Assembly: GCA_030704615.1 (NCBI GenBank)
Contig: CM060733.1
Coordinates: forward strand, 10,602,001-10,666,000
Reading direction: 5' to 3'
Origin: Takakia lepidozioides
Lineage: Eukaryota > Plantae > Bryophyta
DNA length: 64,000 nucleotides
Shown: positions 1 to 12,987 of the stretch, in pieces
How the letters are laid out: every line of letters starts with the position of its first letter
How positions within the stretch are numbered: position 1 is the stretch's first letter
Notes under the pieces: model-generated
Databases searched by the model: none
The model's input: the letters and a program-made list of their open reading frames with translations, nothing else
What the model was told of the DNA's origin: nothing
Translations under genes and position numbers: made by a program

Positions 1-306
1 CCAACACGCCCCTCCAGCACAGCTAAGGAGAAGCGAAGCATACAAATGCTATGTCTAAGAAGGGAGAGGGAGCGATATACTTCCCCACCAAAGCGCCGCT
101 GCGAAACATAAAAGCCAGAGGAGGGAAAGGGATGATGCCATCACAGCAGGTTCTCCCGCCTGTGAGAAGAGACAAGACGCCGCCATTGCGCATCCCCAGG
201 AGCTCGTCTGGCATGAAGCAGCAGACAGGGTAGCAGCAGGGCTCAGACGCCATAACTCGCGAGCTCAGCAGCACGAGAAATGCAGCTGACAGCGGGAGAG
301 ACACCC

Positions 307-2295
307 TAGGGCAGAGCCCGATTTTTCATCCGTAGGATGAATAATCAATACCCTTTTTAAGAACCCGACGGATGTCATCCGTTAGCTAGGTTTAAACAGT
401 AGATTATAGGGTAGGAGTTAGGGTTTCACTCCTTAATTAGCAATAATTAAGGGTAATTAGAAAAATCTCCATGGCCATCATAAGCTGCTTTTTTCATCCG
501 GTCCAGATGAAAAAAAAAATAGGTTCATTTGTTTGGATGAGGTCCATCAGCAGGATGAAAAATTAGTATCCATCATCCAGGGCAGCGGTTTTTCATCCTA
601 ACAGATAATTCGTCATCCCTTAAGAGAAAGCCTCATCCAGTACGGAAAAAAAGCGTAAAAGGGGAAATAAAACGAATTCAAATCCTGGTATTTTTCATCC
701 GGCATGGATGGAAAAAATTATAGATAGGATGCCAGTGTCATAACCCTTATGGAGGTAATTCCTCATTCTCTGGTGACCCATCTGATAGATGAAAGTCAAT
801 AAAAGAGGAATGAAAAATTATAAGTCCTTTTTAAAGGTACTTTAGTGTCCACCCAGGTGATTCTTCCGGTATGGATAGAAGACCTTTACAAGTCGGGTGA
901 AAACACCTTTTAGAGTCCATCTGGTATAGATGGAAAATCATGAAAAGAACACCGATGCAACCGGCCAGTTCCGAGGAGGGAGACAGAGGGAGAGAGGGGG
1001 CAACAATGAAAAAAAATGGGTGGGGGGGGGGGGGGGGGGTCAGATGGTGGGGTCAGCTGCAGCATATGTCCAACACCAGATATCCTAAGTTAATCGACTC
1101 TATATCTTGGAAACAGGACCGCCCACCAACCTGTCAAACAGGCTAAGTCCTGGCAAAAGACAGTAGAAGAGATTCTCAAGGATCTGGACCTGGAACCGCA
1201 AGTCTTCACCTTGCCGGATAAATCTGACTTAGAGGCTGTAGTGTCCTACCATGTCTGTTGCCATGAGATTGTCTGATGAAATGAAGTTAGGCAAAAAACT
1301 TCCCTGAACTTGTTTCCAGTCAGTGACATGGGGGAGGACATCTTGGATGACCTCAAGGTCTACCCACTCTCGGAACTAGACTGAAATTTAAACTCAGGGC
1401 AGGAAGCCTACCTTTGAACAACAAACAGAAGCAGAGAGGAAAGGGAGAGTGCAATTGCCCGTTGTGTGGGCAATCTGAAGACAATACTCATTTTCTGATA
1501 CACTATCCGGTGTTCTCTCACCAAAGAGATGCTCTCTTCTAATCTATCAAGGGAATTGTGCATGAAAAAGTCGAGGCTGAGCCAAAAGCCCAGCCCCTTC
1601 TAAGGCCTAGTTTTTGGGCATCTCACACACAGCCGATTGATGCTTATGTGAAGGGATTTGTAAAGGATATCTGGAAAACCCGGATTAATTCTATATGTGA
1701 AGGTAAGTCTTACTACCAACGTCAGCCCCTGACAGAGGTAGGATCTGTCCCTTTTGTTTCCCCAAGAGAGGGGGCAACAAAGGGAAAAAAAAAAAATGTG
1801 GGGGGGGGGGGGGGTGACTGAGCAGCAGCTGCTGCTCAGTCACTCCTCCCCCCCACCTTTTTTCTTTTCTTTGTTGCCCCCTGATGTCTCCCTGATGTCT
1901 CCCTCTCTCTCCCTCTCTCCCTCTCCCTCTATAACTCTTTGGATTTCATCTGGCCTTAACCTTTTGAGGTTATTTAGTTTTTCATCCCAACCTTTTTCAT
2001 CCAAATCTGGATGATATTATTATAGGATGATGAAACTTAATGTACAGAAAGCTTGGTTTACCATCTATTTCTTTCATCTAAACTGGATGAACTACATGAA
2101 TAATGGTTACCTATTTTAAAATCCAAGAGAATAATAAAACTACCATCATAAATGATGGCAGTTATTAAACCTAAGCCTATACCATAACCCTAAAAGATAC
2201 ATTTTTATTGGATGTCATCCATTGACAAAGTGCTTCTCTTGATAAAATGTGATTTTTCATCCACCCTAGATGAGAAATCGGGAAGTTGTGCCCTA
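307..2295. mobile_element. Putative non-autonomous TIR DNA element (hAT-like TAGGG termini) with CATCC/GGATG subterminal motifs
   Basis: Imperfect terminal inverted repeats: TAGGGCAGAGCCCGATTTTTCATC at 307-330 and GATGAGAAATCGGGAAGTTGTGCCCTA at about 2269-2295. Many TTTTCATCC/GGATGA motifs lie in 320-940 and 1945-2280. No 8-bp TSD is visible. Confidence 0.5.
1038..1740 (+). pseudogene. Degenerate LINE ORF2 C-terminal fragment (zinc finger plus IWKxR motif)
   Basis: Translates to ...CNCPLCGQSEDNTHFLIHYPVFSHQRDAL...FVKDIWKTRIN, resembling the CCHC/zf-RVT and IWKxRN end of L1-type ORF2. It contains stops and frameshifts. Confidence 0.5.
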
Positions 2296-2864
2296 AGCAG
2301 GCCGACAGATTTCATAGCAGTGAACTCGTGCTTCAGTGAACCTTGATGATGCGCCGTATAAACCTGCTCCCCTGCTGCTACATGGTACTTGTGATGGCTG
2401 GCTCTTGGGATGCGCATTGGTGGTTAGGCAGATTCCTCTCTGGCAGACGACAAAGCGGTGATCGCTTTGCTCAGAAACTCATGGTTCTTTATTTTGCAGC
2501 GGCGCTTTTACTCCTCGTTGGGAAGTACTTTATCCTTATTTATCTACAGATTACATGTTGCTCTCTTTTTGTATGAGCCATTCTCTATCTGTGAACGCTT
2601 CTACTTTGATTGCGTTCTGTTGGAGACGATCTGTTGGACGCCATGGCGCAGGGCATACCACAAACACTCAAGGTTTTTTGAGTTTACCCTTGCTTGAATT
2701 GTGATCTGTACATGCTTTAGAATTCAACACTGACATGGATAGCAACTGTGAAGACCTGCCACTCACCTGCTGCATCCTCACTAACACACATCGCTAAACA
2801 TATAGGTGCTGCAAGTTATAGTTTGTTGCAGTCCTTTGGGTACCTTCCCGGACAATGTTTAACC

Positions 2865-3160
2865 CTGCAATGATGACTGAGAATATGATGACTTGTGAAG
2901 GTCACACACATCAGTTTTTAGGCCCTGGCTTACTTGGCTTCAGCTTGAACCTGGCAATGATAGCAAAGACCACGGTGGTTCGTGTGGGACACACACATCA
3001 GTTCTTAGACCTTGTTGAAACCCTTCAATGATGACTGAGAAGATGGTGACTTGTGTGGGACACTCACATTAATTTTTAGGCCATGGTCTAACTGACTTTC
3101 AGCTTGTTAATAAACATGGCAATGATGGCAAAGATTATGGCGGCTTGTGTGGGACACTTA
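2865..3160 (+). repeat. Imperfect tandem repeat, about 4 units of roughly 70-90 bp
   Basis: Recurring CAATGAT(G/A)...CTTGTGTGGGACAC...CATCAGTT(T/C)TTAG units. Confidence 0.6.
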
Positions 3161-3585
3161 CAGCTCTTGTTTAAAACTCAACATGTTTTAAATAAAATGG
3201 TTCAGACTCTGATTGATTGACTGTATGCAAATATGCATACCTTCTTCAGAACCCTACAGGCTCATGCTATGTGTTTGTTTTCTTAAAAGACCCCACCCTC
3301 CCACCCTATGATTTCAAGAACTTTGAAATCCAGTCTCTTTTATTTAAGATGACATATTTATGGAGGGAAAATGTTAACATGATGATAGGAGGATACCTTG
3401 TAATAAGGACCTTTTTTTGGATTGTACATGTAAGGAGATGTTTGACAATGCCTTGTAATGAGGCTGCTATGTCATTTTTCTTTACAATGACTTTTATCAA
3501 GTCTTGTCTATGTCTTGACATGACATGAATATCTTCCCTCTCTTCTGTGCTGCTCTCTTTTAAGCTCCCGACACCCTAAATTCAA

Positions 3586-4007
3586 GGTCAGATGGTGGGT
3601 TCAGCTGCAACATATGTCCAACACCAGATATCCTAAGTTAATCGACTCTATATCTTGGAAACAGGACCGCCCTGTCAAACAGGGTGAGCCCTGGGAGAAG
3701 AGAGTAAAAGAGATTCTGAAGGATCTGAATCTGGACCCGCAAGTCTTGACCTTGCTGGATAAACCTGACTTAGAGAATGTAGTATCCAAAGCCATGTTTG
3801 TTACCAGAAAATTGTCCGATGAATATGAAGTTAGGAAGAAAACTTCCCTGAACTTGTTTCCAGTCTGTGAACATGGGGGAGGTTATCATGGATGCGCTCA
3901 AGGGTCTATCCCACTCTTGGCACCAGACCTAAATTTAAAGTCAGGGCAGGAAGACTACCTTTGAATAGTAAACAGAAGCAGAGAGGAAAGAGAGACTGCA
4001 ATTTCCC
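3586..4007 (+). repeat. Diverged direct copy of 1038-1460 (LINE-like fragment)
   Basis: Both copies read GGTCAGATGGTGGG...CATATGTCCAACACCAGATATCCTAAGTTAATCGACTCTATATCTTGGAAACAGGACCGCC and both encode MSNTRYPKLIDSISWKQDRP. Confidence 0.85.
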
Positions 4008-5084
4008 TGACGTACCTCTGCTGCTGCTGGTGCTTGAAGCGAGCTGCTGCGGTGCTGTCGCGGCTGCCAGCGGCGCGGGTCCCGCCGCTACAGGGCGTCT
4101 CTCCCCCGCTCACCACGGCTCTCTCTCTCTTCAGCTCGTTAGGTCGCGCCTCTGCGTGGCGTTCCTACCACACAGGGGAGAGAGAGACATCAGCCGTGCT
4201 TAGGGCAAGAAAGAAAGACAGAAAGTGAGGGAAGAGGCGGTGCTTACCTTGGGCGTTGGAGCGGCGTTGGGGCAAACTCCTTGGGGCCTTGCGACCACCT
4301 CGGGCTCAGCAGCAGGTGCAATTCTCCTCCACCCTAAACCCGCAGCTCTCTGAACTACCTCTCTCCCAAAGAACAAACGAAAACGGGAGGGGAAAGAGAT
4401 TCTTCAAGCACTTAGGGGAAAAAAAAGGCACGGCGCCCACGTGCGACGCCCGGCCGTCGCACGCCTGCGCCCGCCCTTTTTTGAAATGTAAAAATGAAGT
4501 TTGCGACGGCTGGCCGTTGTTTATTGTGACCCCCGGCCCCATAAATAAAAAAACACGTCGCCCCCCGCGACGGCTGTCCGACGTGGGGTGTGACCCCCAG
4601 GTAAAAAATTAAAAAAACTCGTCGTCAAATGCGACGCCAGGGTGTCGCAAGAGGCGACGGCCGGCCTTTCTGGGTTTAGGGTTTAGGGCCTTTTGGGTTT
4701 CTTAGTTTTTTTTTTTTTTTTTTTTTTTTTTCATATGGTACTGGGTTAGGGTGTTTGCTTTTCTTTATGGTGCTGGGTTTTGGATGGCGGTTTTGGTTGT
4801 GGGTCTTTGGGTTAAAAGGATAAACGGTGTAATTAGGATTCACATACCCAAAATATGGTTCAATCTGATAATCGCAAAGCGCTGGGTCTCAACAAAATTT
4901 TCTATGGTGTGGGCATCCTGAAGATAGAACGAGAGGAAGGATTTATTGTCTTGGGCTCTAGCACCATAGGGATGCTCCGCCTTTGGTTACCAATTTTGAA
5001 AGCCCCGAGGCTGAGGCATAGGGTTCTTTTTCCAACGGTTTTTGAGAAATGAAAGTGTTGGTGGTGTATGTTAATTAGGATGGG

Positions 5085-6788
5085 ATGGTGAGGAAACATC
5101 GACCCGTCTCCCTTGAGGATGGGGAGATAATACCACATATCGATTGTGGCCCTAGAGCGACCATTTTCGTGGCGAGGAGCCACCCATTGCACCTGATCCA
5201 ATACAGGCTGTCGGGCACAATCGTAGAAGGGACCGGGGCCAAATTTCAGGTGATGCGGAGGATGTTGACACTCCGAGATCGAGTCAGGCGGGCCGCGGGT
5301 TGCCCCCTCACGGGCCACCTCGTCCAACCACGTCCACATTTGACCCCCCGATAGGATTGTAGTGTTGGTGCACTAAGTGTTGGGAACGGATACACGCCGG
5401 CGGGCCCAGCCCCGATGCGGCGCCCGCATTTGTCGAAAAACATTACAATAACGAACACTAATTGCGGATGCGGGCAAAGTGAAGGTTTTTCCCACACCCT
5501 CTCTGAATATCATTTAATGTACATTTAGGTTTATCTAATATATAGTATATTGGTAAGCATACTTAATCAAATTACGACATAAGTATGCTGCGTCGTTCAT
5601 CTACGCACATTGCAGCCATGACTTGATGCCCAAGCTCCGCAATCACATTGCCAGGAGGCATTTCGCGCCAGTCTACTTGCAGAATTTGTGCCAGAGCATG
5701 TGCCCGATGTGACCAGTTGGTTCCCCCAGCAGCACGTAGATGAGATGCGTAGGTCGTTGGTATCGTAGGTGTCGTAAGGCGTTATGGCCGGCGACGAGCA
5801 GGCCCCCCCCCCCCCCCCCCCTCAGTTTCCTCAGGCATTCCCCTTGATTGTGGCCTCCCCCCCCCCCCCCCCGTCTTTTCTTTGCCTGATCCACCTCCGG
5901 TTGTACTTGATCCGGACGTTGTACCCCCGGCTGCACCTCCGACATTACATTCTCAACCACCTCCACTTTCATCTCCTCCGCCAGCAATACCACCTCCACC
6001 TCCACCTCCACGTGCATGTGCCGTGCCCCCCGAACCCCTAGGAGGGGTCGGCTTCGCCCTAGGTTTCATCCCCTTCGGCTTGGGCGGCATGAGCCGGATC
6101 CTCGCCCCCGATGGGAAGCGCATAGGACTATGTTACTGAGGACCGTCCAGCCTCGTTGTCGGGGGAATCATCTCTCAACCCTCCCACCCCATCCGAGAAA
6201 ATGTGGAGTTCGAATATTGGGGGAGATGGTATGTTGTGAGATCCGCTACAAGACCCTGCTATGGGTCGGGGTTTATTCACGGTCAATGATATTGTGGTTC
6301 CTCCTCGGAGAAACAACATGGTGGACTTGTTTCCCTACTACGGTCTATACTACACCTCCGCGGAGTTCTGTACATTACGCCTCGAAGCCCTATACATCCT
6401 ACCCTACATTTTGTGTATCAACAGACCGGATGTACGTAGACGAGGGTTGTCTCCCATTGAGATCAGATTTTGTGATGGTGACCCCGACATCTTCGGCAAT
6501 GTTGCTGGGCTGGTCAATAGTTCTTTTGGTCATCCTAGGAGAACCAATGTAGTATGGGACGAGCGAAGCGATGGGCATGAGAGCTTTTGTGGTCATACGT
6601 CAGTATACTGTGAGGGGATGCACATGTTTGTTGATGACATGTGCTAGTAGGACTATTAGGGCTGGCACGAACTATTTGCATCATACAGCTCCCCGGATGA
6701 TTTGGACCTCCGATTACAACGTGAGTGGGATGTGTATAATAGAAATAGGGTTCCTTTGAGACAGAGATCGCGTCGAGGGGCATTGTAG
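5085..6788 (+). pseudogene. CACTA-borne SET-domain (protein lysine methyltransferase-like) gene with Pro-rich linker, disrupted
   Basis: SET-like motifs appear in order: GRGLFTVNDI (6264), FPYYG, DGDPDIFGNVAGLVNSS (equivalent to NxxRFINHS), then after frameshifts ASRTIRAG-ELFASYS (about 6643-6689; equivalent to ATRDIxxGEELxxxY). Stop TAG at 6786-6788. A probable upstream exon lies at 5085-5528 with an acceptor near 5616. Confidence 0.65.
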
Positions 6789-7799
6789 ATATTCTCATGA
6801 TGTACTTTGTATACATCCAATTAATCGATTGATGTAAATTTTTTTCTTTTTGCTCGTGTGGGTTGCAACTTTGCATATGTGATCTAACATACTTATGTAC
6901 ATGTGGACCAAATATGAGCTTGAACCAAGTTGATTCAATGGGTCATTCTAGTGTTGAACGCAGCTACGTGTCATAGAGACGGAAAATTGTGTTTCGCCTG
7001 CAGATGATTTTTTTTTAATTCCATTTTCAAGCCATATGCTTAATGATAGCATATGCAATGTGCGTGCAAAATTTGGGAGTAAACAAAAGTCATTTGGACC
7101 CATAACCAGATTTTGTTCTCTCATTCGCACTCCAAAGTTGAGTTATCTTCAACTTGATACCATCTTAATAGAGAGTTCTGCAAAAGTGACCCTAGAAACA
7201 CACTTAATTGTTTTTCATTTTTTTTTTGTCCCAGTTTTTGCATGGATGTAATGGTGCAAAGCCCGATGTCACAGAACAAAATAGAGCTAAAAATAAATTC
7301 ATACGCCCCTCAAAACCGCAATCATATATTTTCTAAATGCAAATATTTATTTTAAATTCATTTAAATTCGATTTAATTCAAAATTGGTGCAAGGGTGAGT
7401 GCTTCGTTGGGGAGGCATTTTTATTATTTATTATTTATTATTTATTTATTTTTCTTCTGGATCTTTGTACAGGTGTTGCACACATATTTAAGCACATGTA
7501 GGAAAAAATGAAGCTTCAGCCACATCTGTTTGTTGGGTGCAATGGCATGAAAGGATTTTCTTTCACATTAATAAGCAAAAATTGGTTGATAGGGTGAATG
7601 CGTCATTGGGGGGGGCAAATGATTTGTTTGGGTTTGAAACTTTGCATGCGTGTACGTTACGCACATACATGTAATTATTGAATGACATATTTGATGCACA
7701 CACACATTGAAGGTTGTTGTTTGCATTTCGCTTATGATGAAGTGTATGGTTGCAAGGACACATTAATAATATGTCCCCTATGTTCATTTGTTCGTATCA

Positions 7800-10700
7800 G
7801 GACTTTGTCCATCCCTTCCCGGTCTTTTCTCTTGGCACCCCATCCGAAAACAACCCAAGTACATTAGGCGGGAGCCGTGGGCGAGACGCCGCCCCCACGG
7901 TACCGGACGATGATGACGATGACAGTGATAGTGACAATGACAACAACAATGAGCATGGAATTAACCATGAGGATGTGTAAGCCATGGAGGGTCTCTTAAT
8001 GTATCATGTGGGCGCTGATGCATCCCATGAAGAGGGAACCCGGCCAGTCGATGATCCTGAAATGGCCCCCTCAAATGACATGGAGAGGGAGACGAGAACT
8101 CCCTTGTATGAAGGGGTGAAAGTGAGTCGACTTTCAACAATCATACTTTTGCTCAATCTTTCCATTTTGATTTGGTATAAGTAATGTTGGGATGTCTGCC
8201 ATAATGCGAACTATTGCAGACTATATCCTTGCTCCACACTTGAAACCCAAGATGCCAACGGTCGCGGAAAGAGGCGCGCGAAGTCTTGGACTCTGTGGGG
8301 ATGGGCTATAAGATTTTTCATGCATGTCCATGTGATAAAACCCTATACTACGGAGATATTCGCATCCACCAAGTGCCCAAAGTGCAAGAAAGACCGATAT
8401 CGGGATGATGTCCAAGGGAAAAAAGTACCACGCAAGGTATAAACGTCATTCCCCCTCGCATAGAGATTACTTTCTTTAATCTTCTCGATGTATGTAAAGT
8501 GTATTCCACAAAGTTTAGGGTTTAGAGAGTAGCACTCATGCAAGATTTGATTGTGGTTTTGGAAAGAGTGAGTGAGGAGTGGAAGGAGCGACGTTCGGTT
8601 TTGACCATTCACACCCCAATGAGGGAGAGGCTGCATAAAGGGAAAGACATAAGGGTGTTGTATTATGTGTGCTAATGGGATGATTACATGTGGGGGGCGT
8701 GGGGTATTTCATCCTAGAAAATGCATTACTTTCCGATCATCCCACGATTGAGGGCACAATACCGAAGCCCTGAATGACCAGACTCATGAGATGGCACGCC
8801 TCGCATCGGAGCCCCCCGGGAAAGGTGTGCGGGCCACAAGATTCACAAGCATGGAGGCATATCGAAGAGATGTGGCCTTTTCTCTTGGAGGACCCACGAC
8901 ATGTCCACCTCGGCTTCTCCTCGGGATGGGTCAACCCATTCTCTGTCCAGTCATTAGTAGTCATTCCACTTGGCCGGTGACCATGGTGAATTACAACGTC
9001 CCTCCGTATCTTTCAATTAAAAAAGGCCATATCATGTTGGCTGCCATTGTGCCAGGTGAGTGTACTCATTTCATGTTTATTATTGCCTTAGACTTTACAT
9101 TAAACTTCTGATCTCTGACGCAATTCAGATGCAAGATTGATGAGTGACATAATCAGGGAGTAAGACGTGTAATTCATTTTGTAGTATAATTTGCATATTA
9201 GTGGAGCATTGAAACAATGATATGAATGTCTCATAGGGAAAAAACAAGTGGCAAACATGAACACGTATTTGTGACCTCTTGTTGATGAACTTAAGGAGCT
9301 ATGGAGGGGGATCCCGACATTGGATGCTTCACTTGACCCTATGGCCGGACAATCTTTTCATATGAGAGGCATCTTGCTTTGGACAATGCATGATTATCCA
9401 GGTATATTATGTTCCCTATGAACAACCCGCGTACATTCACTTGTCAATGTCGGATAATATCGATGAGGATTGGGATTGATTGAAGTAGCGGCGACAGTCT
9501 TGTGCACCGTAGTGGGGTAGATGGCATTATGGGCTATGCACATGACAACTTTTTGTTTTTGCTAATGTGGCAGGATGTGTAGTATAGGACTAACTGTTTG
9601 CTCGGGGCTAAGCACCAAAGGGTACCATGCATGCTTACATTGTGGCGATGATCTTGATGCACATAGCTCCCGCCATCTTCACAAGATGGTGTATCCTAAC
9701 TACCGCAAATTTCTTCCTATGAACCATCGATGGAGAAGAAGAGAGAAACACTTTGTTGATGGCAAAGAGGAAGTACGTCCCCCCCCCCCCCCATGACACC
9801 ATCCGGGCAGTTTTGGGAGGACCGATAGAAGGAAGCCCATGCGGGCACGGACGGTGAAGTGGACGTGCCCGACATGAAACGACTTTCAATCTTCTACGAG
9901 TTGCCATATTGGGCGGTACATATTCCACAAAAACACCATCAATATCCCTATGTATGCATGTGATATTGCACATTTGGTATGCGTTGCATTGTCACTTTCA
10001 CGTAAAAAAAATTGTGTAAGTCTTTTGTGGGTGAGGATATATATAGGACCTAAAGATTCGCCATCTTCTAGATCCCATGCATATTGATTAGAATGCCTGC
10101 TCGTCCCTTTTTTGGGTTCTTCATGGCACGCCGGCAAAGAAGGGAGTGGTTGCAAAAGGAGATTCTCTCGGTGTTAGAAATGAGCTTGAGGAGCAGGGTC
10201 GCATGCGCCATCTATGGGCCGAACAAAATGGTGTGGACCCAAAGGGTGTTGTAGGGTGGAAGTATAGGCGCGCACCTTGGCAATGGACAAAGGAGGAATA
10301 CAAGAAAGTGATAGCTACCATAAGTGTTGTCCGAACACCAATTGATTATGGGTCATCCCTCCGTACGAAGTTCAGCGAAGAAGACGGGGTCCATGGTTTG
10401 AAGTTTCATGACTACCACAATCTATTGCAAGACATCTTGCCCATTGTAGTACGTGGGACATTGACTCCCGAGGTTTGTGAGACAATCTATAGATTGGGAG
10501 GCTTGTTCCGGTGGATTTGCTCCAAAGAGTTGGAAGAAGCAGATTTTCCACGCATGAAGAAGGAGGCGGCGGAGGTAATGTGTATGTTGGAGATGCACCT
10601 TCCTCCCTCCTTCTTTGACATCCAAGTGCACTTGGTAGTGCACTTAGTGGAAGAAGTTTCGCAAGCCGGCCCGTTCATTCTCGGTGGATGTACTTCCTTG

Positions 10701-12030
10701 AGCGTTATATGAAGACTTTGAAAGGATTTGTAAGACAAATGGCGCACCCGGAGGGTAGCATGGCGGAGGGGGTATACGTTGCAAGAAACTGTATTCTATT
10801 GCACGGAGTACATGGCAAGGGTGGATGAGGAAGCCCCTCGGATATGGAAGGAAGAGGAGGATGCACGAACCAATGACATCGTTTTGCCCAAAAAATCGAA
10901 GAGGGTAAAAATTGCCGACCTTGGTGATTGAGCAAGCGCATGACTTCATACTGAAGAACACCCCATCCATACATGAGTGGGAGGCAAGATACAATAATCT
11001 TGTTCAGCAATGAGAGGAGGAGACGCTTGCATGGAGGCGGAACCATCCAAGGCCGGTTACTAGACGCCCACGACGAGGAGCGGGCCGGCCGGAATGTTCC
11101 TTCACAAAATTTGCCCATGGAATTGCAGCCTCTAAGTTCATTCCAACAGTGGCTCCGGACTTCAGTTTATGACGCCGTTGCTCAAGGAGAGGTGGTTTCA
11201 GATTTGGTGCAAGACATTGCAAGTGGCCCCTCTCAATTCGCGACCTCATACACGGTGGTTTGGGTTCACGGTCGTCATTTCTACATTTGTGCTCTTGACA
11301 TGAAGCGCAAAACAACCTTTGATTCTGGCTTGTGTGCCACATATTGGCAAGACTCCGTGTGGGGCAAGGGAGATACACGACCTGCTATGAGCAAACTTGA
11401 GTACATTGGAGAGCTTGAGAGCATACTCCAACTTCAGTATACAAGGTACCGGCCTCTTCTCTTCAAGGGAAGGTGGTTCTAGCCACATCTTGTGGGGCCC
11501 TCCACAACACTAGTGCAAGATGATTGTGGTTTTATACGCGTCAATGCAGATAGGCTCAACCCTACTCATCGTCCCTCCAATGAGCCTTTTTCACGGCCTT
11601 CAGACATGGAGCAAGTTTTCTTCTCCGATGACAAAACAAGAGGGGGGAATTGGAAGGTGGTTGTGCATGCTCAGCCAAGAGGAAAACGTATCTATCATGG
11701 TCTCGGATCTACATGGGGTGAGGCAATTGCGGTGGACGGAGAGACTGGTCATAATGATGCTGATGATGGAGGTTGGGTAGAGGGGGTAGAAGATGATGAT
11801 GACGCCCCGGACAATGCATCCTGGACCTTATATGATGAAGCTCTAGAAGATACGGATGTTGGAGAAGGAGACGAAGACATGGCCATTGACAACGAGGTGG
11901 AGGATGATTCGGAGGTGCCTTTTGAGGGCCGGGCCATTTATGATGATGACTCCGATGACCAAGAAGACTTGCAGCTTGATGAGGATGAAGAGGCTCCGGA
12001 TGATGATGATGTTCAAGTTGATTATACACA
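7800..12030 (+). pseudogene. En/Spm (CACTA) TnpD/Tnp2-type transposase, spliced, with frameshifts and stops
   Basis: Motifs: PQDSQAWRHI, HSTWPVTMVNYNVPP, LLWTMHDYPG, KGYHACLHC, GLKFHDYHNLLQDILP, LEMHLPPSFFDIQVHLVVHLVEE (DUF4218-like), YIGELESILQLQY...LFKGRWF and QVFFSDD...WKVV (DUF4216-like), followed by an acidic tail. Confidence 0.9.
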
Positions 12031-12369
12031 AATCAAAGCTACATTACAATTCTCGCACCGAACTGGACCCATCCCTTCGATTGATTGTACATGTACATGC
12101 ATATTGTACTTTATTTCTATGATTCATCAAATATGGTTGTGGCTGGTAGTCTTTCAAGAAAGAAGGTAGATGCAATGAATATGTTGGAGCAACACATACA
12201 GATGTGGTATCAAGAGAATTATCAAAATGAATGTCACAATCTACAAGAAGGTCCACAACAACAAGCTAAACCATAAAGAAAAACAAACACCCTATCCTAC
12301 TACCATATGAAAAAAAAAAAAACTAACTAAGAACCCCCAAAGGCCCTAAACCTAAACCTAGAAAGCCCT

Positions 12370-12951
12370 GCCGTCGCTGCCTGCGACCCCCACGCGTCGC
12401 CACCTGCGAGGCGGTTTTTAGGATTTATGAGGCCGGGGGTCACAAACGGCGACCTATTTTTTTGAATGGATTTATGAGGCATAGGGGGTCGCAAACGGCG
12501 ACGGCCAGTCGTCGCGAACTGTGACCCGTTTTTTTTTGCAAGAATAGGGCAGTTTGCGACGCCCGGCCGTCGCAGGGGCCTTTTGCCCTTCATGCCACCA
12601 TGCGATGGCCTGACGTTGCAAGAAAGGGCTGCGATGAAAGAAATGACAAGAAAGGGTTTTTTTTTTTCCGGCGTGCAACGACCGGCCGTCGCCAGAAAGG
12701 GTTGCCTTCTGCCCTTCGCTAGGGGCGACGCTTGGGCGTCACACGGAAGGGCTGCCATTTGCCCTTCATCACTCCGTGCGACGGCCAGGCGTCGCTGCCT
12801 GGCCCCCGCGCCAGGTGGCGACCCGAGGGTTTGGCTGCAACGGCCCAGCGTTGCAAACACGCTCCGCAGGGTTGGCGTCGCACGCTCGCGCCGCGCGGGC
12901 GTGGGGGCGCGGCTGGCGTCGCAAACCCCCCCCCCCCCATTTGCTGTAGTG
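12370..12951. repeat. CACTA-1 right subterminal repeat region (GCGACG-N6-CGTCGC inverted pairs)
   Basis: Examples: GCGACGGCCAGTCGTCGC at about 12497, GCGACGCCCGGCCGTCGC at about 12556 and GCGACGGCCAGGCGTCGC at about 12778. Confidence 0.85.
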
Positions 12952-12987
12952 CAGGGAACTAAAGACGCATCTTGCAATGACGTTGAA

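Larger units (their letters stand above)
4430..12951 (+). mobile_element. CACTA/En-Spm transposon 1 (right terminus intact, left CACTA terminus not found)
   Basis: Ends in ...ATTTGCTGTAGTG at 12951 (reverse complement CACTACAGCAAAT). GCGACG-N6-CGTCGC subterminal motifs occur at both 4440-4670 and 12370-12925. Segments 4500-4775 and 12270-12500 are inverted homologues. It contains an En/Spm transposase. Confidence 0.85.

Noticed and set aside
4672-4689. Telomeric TTTAGGG repeats
   Set aside because: Only 2-3 units within TE arms; not a telomere.
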